Made by a program: the position numbers and the translations under genes. From contig JBGSVZ010000101.1 of the NCBI GenBank assembly GCA_041752695.1, positions 17,856 to 81,855 on the forward strand: a stretch of DNA of 64,000 nucleotides, given 5' to 3'. How positions within the stretch are numbered: the first letter of the stretch is position 1; every line of letters begins with the position of its first letter. The notes under the pieces are model-generated. The model saw only the letters and a list, made by a program, of their open reading frames with translations. It had not been told where the DNA came from and did no database searches. Source of the stretch: Terrimicrobiaceae bacterium. Lineage in GTDB: Bacteria; Verrucomicrobiota; Verrucomicrobiia; Chthoniobacterales; Terrimicrobiaceae. Shown one piece after another: positions 58,077-64,000 of the stretch.

Positions 58077-59575
58077 TGCGCGCGCCGGGTTTGGTTGTTC
58101 TGGCCGTTTTGACGGCCTGGCCGGCCCTGGCCCAGAAATCCGGAGGGCCGCAACCCCCCGTCGTCCGCAAGCCATCACCCACGCCGCAGCGGGTTCCGGC
58201 GGCGAGTCCCACACCTCCCGCTGCTGCGCCGGAATCGACTCCCGAGCCCGCTTCCGAAGCGGCCCCTTCGCCCCCTCATGTGCCCCCACCTGCTCCGGCA
58301 CCCGCCCGAGGGTCGGGCAGAATGATCCCAGCGCCGACACCTGGCCCGCTGGAACGTTCCGTTAGCGCTTCCCGGCAGTTTGTCATCTACCAGGCCGATG
58401 GCACCATCCGCTCCAAGGTCGCGAGGAAAGTGGAGGACATTAAAACCGAGTGGCTGAAAACCTTGCAGATCAAGGACGAATGGAAATCTCCCATCGTGAT
58501 TCAACTCTCCACGTTTGCGCCACCCGGCATGCCCCGAATGCGGACGGCACTGTTTATTGGCGATGGAGGCGAATCGAAGGTGCAGATTGATGTTTTTGAC
58601 CTGGCCGCGCTGCGGGGAGGGGAGTTCGATCTGGAGGTCTATCGGGCGCTGTGTTTGGAGCTGATGTATCGCAAGGATCCTCCGAAGGCCGGGAAATCGT
58701 ATCACCAGCCCCCGGTCTGGCTTTTGGAAGCCTTTTTGGAAGACGCCCGGACGAAAGCTGGCGACGGCATTGCCGCAGGGTTGTATGAAAGGATCATTGA
58801 AAGTGGCCCCCCTCCAAAGTTGGAGAATTTTCTCAAGGAACGTCCGGAAATGATGGATGCCACTACGCGGGCGATTTACCGCGCGCGGGCGATGGCTTTG
58901 TTGCGCGCCTTTCTCGCCATGCCCGAGGGGACCAAAGGTTTTGTGACTTGGATCCTCTCGCTGCCGGTGATCAACGCGGCAGATGCGGGAAAACTGCTGG
59001 CCAATTTTCCCAGCCTGATCGATCAGCCGTCCAATTTGTCGAAACAATGGGCGCTCTCCCTGGCCGATGCGTCGGCCGCCAAACGCACCGAATCGCTCAC
59101 CATGTCCGAGTCGGTCCGCCGGCTCGCGCTCATCCTCGACATCGGAGCCCCCGCCGACCCCAAAAAACCCAACGAAGATTTGGTTAGTGGGCCCATGGCC
59201 TTTCCGGTGATTGCCCGCACAAAAAACGGCAAGTTCATCCTGGGCCACAAAACCGAAGAGCTGCTGCGTTTGCAACTGGCGGCCCACCCGCTCATTCGGC
59301 CCATCGTTGAGGAATACCAATTGATCGTCGCGGAATTGATGGGCAAGCCGAAGAAAAACATGGAAAAGCGCCTCACCAAAAACATGGAACTGCAAAAAGC
59401 CGTGACGGATCGCTACAGCGGTATCGCGGATTACATGAACTGGTTCGAGGCGGCAAAATTGGAGACGCCCAGTCAGGAGTTCGACGTCATCCTCGAAATG
59501 CCCTCAAACGGAGCCAACGGCCGCTCCGATCCCATCACACGCTACCTGAACGACCTGGAAGTCCGAGGATGGTGA
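58076..59575 (+). CDS. Exported hypothetical protein with a Pro-rich N-terminus
   Basis: Signal peptide (..WPALA), SVSASRQFVIY, PVWLLE; coupled to the upstream gene. Confidence 0.75.
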   Translation: MRAPGLVVLAVLTAWPALAQKSGGPQPPVVRKPSPTPQRVPAASPTPPAAAPESTPEPASEAAPSPPHVPPPAPAPARGSGRMIPAPTPGPLERSVSASRQFVIYQADGTIRSKVARKVEDIKTEWLKTLQIKDEWKSPIVIQLSTFAPPGMPRMRTALFIGDGGESKVQIDVFDLAALRGGEFDLEVYRALCLELMYRKDPPKAGKSYHQPPVWLLEAFLEDARTKAGDGIAAGLYERIIESGPPPKLENFLKERPEMMDATTRAIYRARAMALLRAFLAMPEGTKGFVTWILSLPVINAADAGKLLANFPSLIDQPSNLSKQWALSLADASAAKRTESLTMSESVRRLALILDIGAPADPKKPNEDLVSGPMAFPVIARTKNGKFILGHKTEELLRLQLAAHPLIRPIVEEYQLIVAELMGKPKKNMEKRLTKNMELQKAVTDRYSGIADYMNWFEAAKLETPSQEFDVILEMPSNGANGRSDPITRYLNDLEVRGW

Positions 59576-59678
59576 GGGGAGGAAAGACGCGGTGATATTC
59601 TCCGCGTCTCCGCGTCTACGACTCGCCGCGTCTCTCATCAGTGCTTGCACGAACCCGCGGCGTCGGTATTTTTTGCAG

Positions 59679-59813
59679 ATGGCATTTCTCACTCGACGCG
59701 AACAGACGCTGCTGGCGTTCGTTTTGCTCGCTTTCCTCGTGGGGCTCGGAACCAAACATTGGCGCGAGAACCGCACCCTCGCACCCATTACGGCGGAGGA
59801 AAATTCGCACTGA
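59679..59813 (+). CDS. 44-aa single-TM small protein
   Basis: MAFLTRREQTLLAFVLLAFLVGLGTKHWR; promoter-like TTGCAC-16-TATTTT upstream; ends 1 nt before the next ATG. Confidence 0.6.
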   Translation: MAFLTRREQTLLAFVLLAFLVGLGTKHWRENRTLAPITAEENSH

Positions 59814-59814
59814 T

Positions 59815-60240
59815 ATGCAAGCCATCGGATTTCAAGGAGCCGTGGAAAAAATTCTCGCGGAGGACGCCCGGTATGATGTGGAGGGTTACAGCTTTCTGCG
59901 GGACTCCCTCGACGCCACGCTGAAGCGGCGCAAAAAGGCGCGAAAAGAGGCTTCAGGCAATGTAAATGCCGCCGAACTGCTGGAGGGATTCCGGCTCCAC
60001 GCCCTGGCGGAATTTGGCCCGATGGCCATGACCGTGCTCGGCTATTGGGGCATCCGCAACTGCTCAGACATCGGCCACATGGTGTTCAACCTCGTCCAGG
60101 CGGGCGAGTTCGTCAAAACCGAGGAAGACACCGTCGAAAGCTTCCGCGAAGGATATGATTTTGCCGAGGCCTTCGTTCTTCCGTTCCAACCCGCGCCAGA
60201 TAATTTGAGCACAAACGGCCCGGACGTTGTCGGACGGTAA
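59815..60240 (+). CDS. Minf_1886-family (Verrucomicrobia/Planctomycetes) protein
   Basis: DARY...Y.FLR, ELLEGFR..AL.EFGPMA..VL..WGI...DIG.MVFNLV. Confidence 0.85.
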   Translation: MQAIGFQGAVEKILAEDARYDVEGYSFLRDSLDATLKRRKKARKEASGNVNAAELLEGFRLHALAEFGPMAMTVLGYWGIRNCSDIGHMVFNLVQAGEFVKTEEDTVESFREGYDFAEAFVLPFQPAPDNLSTNGPDVVGR

Positions 60241-60242
60241 GC

Positions 60243-62891
60243 ATGAAGTCGTTTTTTGTTCCCGCCGCCCTTTTTATGATGACCGCGCTCGCTCCTGCCA
60301 AGGATACCCGTGTTCCCGCGTCCGCCGCTCCCGCCTTGCCCGAGAGCAAAGCCCAGGTGTTCACGCTGAAAAACGGCCTTACGATTATCGTGGAAGAAGA
60401 TCACTCCGCCCCCGTCGCGAGTGTCCAAGCCTGGTGTGGCACGGGCAGCATCAATGAAGGAAAGTGGATGGGCTCCGGGTTGTCCCACATTCTCGAGCAT
60501 ATGCTTTTCAAGGGCACGGAAGCCCGCAAGGTGGGAGACATCTCCCGCGAGGTGCAGGACCGCGGCGGTTACATCAACGCCTATACAAGTTTCGACCGAA
60601 CGGTTTATTGGATCGACGTGCCGTCCGATGGTGCCACCGAAGCCGTTGAGATCGTGGCGGACGCCATGATGAATTCCACGCTGCCCGAGGAGGAATACAC
60701 CAAGGAGCAGGAGGTCATCCGCCGGGAATTCGCCATGGGATTTGACGACCCCAACCGCCAGAGCTCCCAACTCATGCTGCGCACGGTGTTCGGCGAAAGC
60801 CCGTTCCGCCACCCGGTGATCGGCTACCTCGACATTTATAACAAACTGACCCGGGCTGATGTCCTGGAATATTACAAGGCGAGGTATGCTCCGAATAACC
60901 TGACGTTTGTCATCACGGGAGACGTGGACGCGCAAAAAATCCGCACGCAACTTGAGGCCTTTTTCGACAAATATCCGCGCCGCGCGATTGAGCCGGTGCT
61001 CGTCACCAGTGAGCCTGACCAAATCGGACGCCGCGAAGCGCACGAAGAATTTCCCACCGAGCTCTCGCGACTGTCGCTCACCTGGCGGATTCCCGGATTG
61101 ACCAGCTCCGACACGCCGGCACTTGAACTTCTCGGCGACGTACTCGGCTCCGGCCGCAGTTCCATTCTCAATCAACAGATTCGGGAAAAACAACGGCTCG
61201 TGCATTCCATCGATGCGGGCATGTTTTCCCTCCAGACTGATGGCGTCTGGAGCATCCAAGCCGTCTGCGATCCCGACAAACGCGACCAGGTGGAGAAGGA
61301 AGCCCTCGCCATTCTCGAAAAATTGAAAAAAGAAGGTGTGAGCCAGGCGGATCTCGACAAGGCCCGACGGTCCATGTTGTCGCGGCAGATCTCCGGGCTG
61401 GCGACGGCGCGGGGCAAAGCTTCCGACCTCGGCTCAAGCTGGCTGCTCACCCGCAACCCCAACTTCAGCAAGGATTACCTGGATGCCATCGCCGAGGTCA
61501 CCACCACGGACCTCCAACGCGTCGCCCGTCAGTATCTGCGCGAGGATCGCATCAATGTGACTTCGCTCAATCCCGTGGGATCCCTCACGGAGAAATCTAC
61601 AGAGGCCAGTGTGGCCGAACGTTCCGAGGTTCAGAAATTCGAGCTGTCCAACGGCATGCGCCTGCTGGTTCGCGAAGACGCGCGTCTGCCCCTTGTCACC
61701 ATTTACACTGCCTTCCGCGGCGGATTGCTGGCTGAGACCCCGGAAACCAACGGCATCACCAAGCTGCTTTCTCGTGCCATGATCAAGGGCACGAAGACCC
61801 AAAGCGCCGCGCAGATTGCGGAGAAGCTGGAGAGCGCCGGAGGTCGCATCGGTTCGGACAGCGGGAACAACAGTTTCAGCGTCATGGTCGAAGTGATGAA
61901 ACCCGACCTCGGCCTCGGTCTCGATGTGATCGGCGACGTGCTGCTCAACCCCTCTTTCCCCGAGGCGGAGGTGGAGTTGGAAAAACAAACCCAGATCGCC
62001 GCCATCAAGGCAGAGAACGAACAGATCACCGCCGTTGCGCGCAACACCGCCAGGGAGAAACTTTTCGGAACACACCCCTACGCACTCCGCAATTCCGGGA
62101 AAATCGAGTCCGTTTCGAAGCTGACTTCGAAAGACCTCCAAGCGATGCATGACCAGTTTGTCGTGGCGAAAAATGGCGTCATTGCCGTCTTCGGCGACGT
62201 CAAGGCCGAGGAAGTTGTGCGGTTGGTGGAAAAGGAATTCGCCAAACTTCCCGTGGGCCAGTTGGCCCTTTCTTCGCCTGTCCAACCCGCACCTCTCCAG
62301 GACGGTATTGTCGCCGTCGAAGAACGGAACAAACAGCAGGCGGTGGTCATGTTTGGCTTCCCCGCCGTGGACGTGCTAAGCCCGGACCGTCCGGCCCTGG
62401 AGCTTCTCGACGAGGCCTCCAATGATCTTGGTTCGCGGTTTTTCAACCGGATCCGGGAACAGCTTGGCCTGGCGTATTTCGTCGGCGCCGGAAGTTTCGC
62501 CGGCCTCGCGCCCGGCAGCTTTGTCTTTTACCTCGGCACCGATCCGAAAAAGGTCGATCAGGTCACCAAGGAATTTCACGACGAGATCGACAAGCTCGCC
62601 AAGGATGGGCTCACCCCGGAAGAACTGGTGCGGGCGAAGAAGAAGCTGCTCGGCTCCGAGGCGATTAGCAACCAAAGCAACTCCGCGTTCGCCGCGACAG
62701 TGACGGTCGATGAATTAGTCGGACTTGGCTACGACAGCTATCAGAAGCGTAAAGCTGTGATCGAGGCGGTAACACTGGAGGAAACCCGCCGGGTTGCGGC
62801 TAAGTATTTCGATGTGCCGGGCCGAGTGCAGGTGACGGTCCGACCTCCCGAAAAAACCGCATCTGCGCAGCCGCCGGTGCCGCAATCCTGA
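60243..62891 (+). CDS. M16 (pitrilysin/PqqL-like) zinc peptidase
   Basis: HILEH inverted zincin motif, NAYTSFDRT, duplicated halves (LKNGL / LSNGM). Confidence 0.93.
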   Translation: MKSFFVPAALFMMTALAPAKDTRVPASAAPALPESKAQVFTLKNGLTIIVEEDHSAPVASVQAWCGTGSINEGKWMGSGLSHILEHMLFKGTEARKVGDISREVQDRGGYINAYTSFDRTVYWIDVPSDGATEAVEIVADAMMNSTLPEEEYTKEQEVIRREFAMGFDDPNRQSSQLMLRTVFGESPFRHPVIGYLDIYNKLTRADVLEYYKARYAPNNLTFVITGDVDAQKIRTQLEAFFDKYPRRAIEPVLVTSEPDQIGRREAHEEFPTELSRLSLTWRIPGLTSSDTPALELLGDVLGSGRSSILNQQIREKQRLVHSIDAGMFSLQTDGVWSIQAVCDPDKRDQVEKEALAILEKLKKEGVSQADLDKARRSMLSRQISGLATARGKASDLGSSWLLTRNPNFSKDYLDAIAEVTTTDLQRVARQYLREDRINVTSLNPVGSLTEKSTEASVAERSEVQKFELSNGMRLLVREDARLPLVTIYTAFRGGLLAETPETNGITKLLSRAMIKGTKTQSAAQIAEKLESAGGRIGSDSGNNSFSVMVEVMKPDLGLGLDVIGDVLLNPSFPEAEVELEKQTQIAAIKAENEQITAVARNTAREKLFGTHPYALRNSGKIESVSKLTSKDLQAMHDQFVVAKNGVIAVFGDVKAEEVVRLVEKEFAKLPVGQLALSSPVQPAPLQDGIVAVEERNKQQAVVMFGFPAVDVLSPDRPALELLDEASNDLGSRFFNRIREQLGLAYFVGAGSFAGLAPGSFVFYLGTDPKKVDQVTKEFHDEIDKLAKDGLTPEELVRAKKKLLGSEAISNQSNSAFAATVTVDELVGLGYDSYQKRKAVIEAVTLEETRRVAAKYFDVPGRVQVTVRPPEKTASAQPPVPQS

Positions 62892-62894
62892 GTC

Positions 62895-63188
62895 ATGGCG
62901 GAAGTTCAACGCATGGTGTTTTCGGGTGAGATGGCCCAGCGATTCATCCAATTTGTCATGCTGCAGTCGCAGCAGGCTTCGCTTTTTCTTGGCCGGATGC
63001 CGCACCCGCAATCGGGCAAGGCGGAGGTCAATCTCGAAGCCGCCCGACTTTTCATCGATCATCTGGAAATGCTGAAAGAAAAAACGGCCGGCAATCTTTC
63101 CGGTCAGGAAGCGGAAATTCTCGATAGCGTGCTTTCCGACCTCCAGGCCGCCTTTGTCGAGGCGGCAGGCAGTGGGTTGGTCGCGTGA
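62895..63188 (+). CDS. DUF1844 family protein
   Basis: LGRMPHP, NLEAARLFID.LEML.EKT.GNL. Confidence 0.85.
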   Translation: MAEVQRMVFSGEMAQRFIQFVMLQSQQASLFLGRMPHPQSGKAEVNLEAARLFIDHLEMLKEKTAGNLSGQEAEILDSVLSDLQAAFVEAAGSGLVA

Positions 63189-63604
63189 AGGTTTTCACCG
63201 CGACCTTCACCGTGCCTACGTCCGGGAAGGGAACGTATGAGATCACGGAAGACGTGGCGCGTGTCGTGCGCCAGTCTGGTGTCGGGGATGGCACGGTGAC
63301 CGTGTTCATCAAACATACCAGCGCAAGTCTCATTATCTTCGAAAACGCCGACCCTTCCGCCCGGGCGGATCTCGATGAATATTTTGAACGTCTGGTTCCT
63401 GAGGATGGAGACTACTTCACGCATACGTTGGAAGGCCCGGACGATATGACCTCACACATTCGCGCGGCGCTCACAGCTACCAGCCTCGTCATTCCCGTCG
63501 CCACCGGCAGTCTGCAAGTTGGCACGTGGCAGGGCATTTTCGTTTTCGAACATCGCGCCATTCCCCATCGGCGCCAGATCGTGCTGACGGTGATGGGGCG
63601 CTGA
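63185..63604 (+). CDS. yjbQ: YjbQ/UPF0047 family protein
   Basis: HTSASL..ENADP, EGPDDM.SHI, GTWQGI...EHR. Confidence 0.9.
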   Translation: MKVFTATFTVPTSGKGTYEITEDVARVVRQSGVGDGTVTVFIKHTSASLIIFENADPSARADLDEYFERLVPEDGDYFTHTLEGPDDMTSHIRAALTATSLVIPVATGSLQVGTWQGIFVFEHRAIPHRRQIVLTVMGR

Positions 63605-63802
63605 GACCTGACTCGGGATTTATTTTCTTCGCGCTTCTACGCTGCAGGAACGGGCCTAACCGGGAATTTGACTTGAACGGCTTTGTCACTCTGTTGACAG
63701 TGAGGAGTGTCAGCGCGGTTTCCGCTGGGCCCCGATCAATGCTCTTCTTCCAGGGGGGATTAATCGAGAGGATCCCGCGAGACTGGGCCGGAAAAGTTCC
63801 AA

Positions 63803-63890
63803 GGAGAGGTGGCAGAGTGGTCGATTGCGACGGTCTTGAAAACCGTTGAAGCGAAAGCTTCCGTGGGTTCGAATCCCACCCCCTCCGCCA
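63803..63890 (+). tRNA. tRNA-Ser(TGA)
   Basis: GGAGAGGTGGCAGAGTGG; anticodon arm ACGGT-CTTGAAA-ACCGT; long variable arm; T-arm GTGGG-TTCGAAT-CCCAC; G discriminator followed by encoded CCA. Confidence 0.97.
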
Positions 63891-64000
63891 TGACCCTCAA
63901 TTGCCCGCAAACCCTGATAAATACAGGGACTCGTGTTTTTGGCCTGGCATCAAAAAGGCCGTTTTTTGGCCAGGTGTCCCTAAAAGTGTCCCTTCTTCGC
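63891..64000. mobile_element. Probable att junction of an element integrated at tRNA-Ser
   Basis: CCCTG-ATAAATA-CAGGG inverted repeat (63912-63928) and direct repeat GTGTCCC at 63974 and 63986. No integrase is visible in the window. Confidence 0.5.

Noticed and set aside
59584..59633. AGACGCGG followed by CCGCGTCT x3
   Set aside because: A short intergenic octamer repeat or hairpin, possibly terminator-like; not a distinct system.
63705..63800. Possible structured RNA upstream of tRNA-Ser
   Set aside because: Some pairing is possible but weak, and it matches no RNA family I recognise; probably the tRNA leader.

Overview
GC-rich bacterial chromosome window, most likely Verrucomicrobiota (Spartobacteria/Chthoniobacterales-like). 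The taxonomic call is inferred from a Minf_1886-type protein, Amuc_1098-like secretin motifs, a SWIB protein, a PEP-CTERM protein and a DUF1800/DUF1501 pair. Most of the window is housekeeping or envelope genes: ROK kinase, pgl, sixA, acnA, def-exbD-exbB-tonB-ogg-miaB, a coaB-like gene, a glgA-like gene, an orphan nuoA, GT-C membrane proteins, ychF, a desaturase, Nif3, mpg, a beta-CASP nuclease, an M16 peptidase, yjbQ and tRNA-Ser(TGA). Three things stand out. (1) At the left end is an ECF sigma / membrane-anchored YfbK-type VWA anti-sigma / giant repeat-module protein locus. The anti-sigma linker is a mosaic of short signature peptides resembling unrelated outer-membrane or surface proteins: an autotransporter PATR strand, a TorF-like porin N-terminus, and three secretin motifs in reversed order followed by a barrel-less secretin N-terminal region. 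This is a candidate undescribed 'bait/decoy' envelope-sensing system. (2) A five-gene enzyme cluster flanked by REP-like repeats encodes a PaaK/CapK-like ligase, an altered LeuB-like dehydrogenase, an isochorismatase-ALDH fusion, a methyltransferase and an Fe/2OG dioxygenase. (3) A probable integration-site scar follows tRNA-Ser at the right edge. All family calls come from motif recognition by eye; no searches were run.
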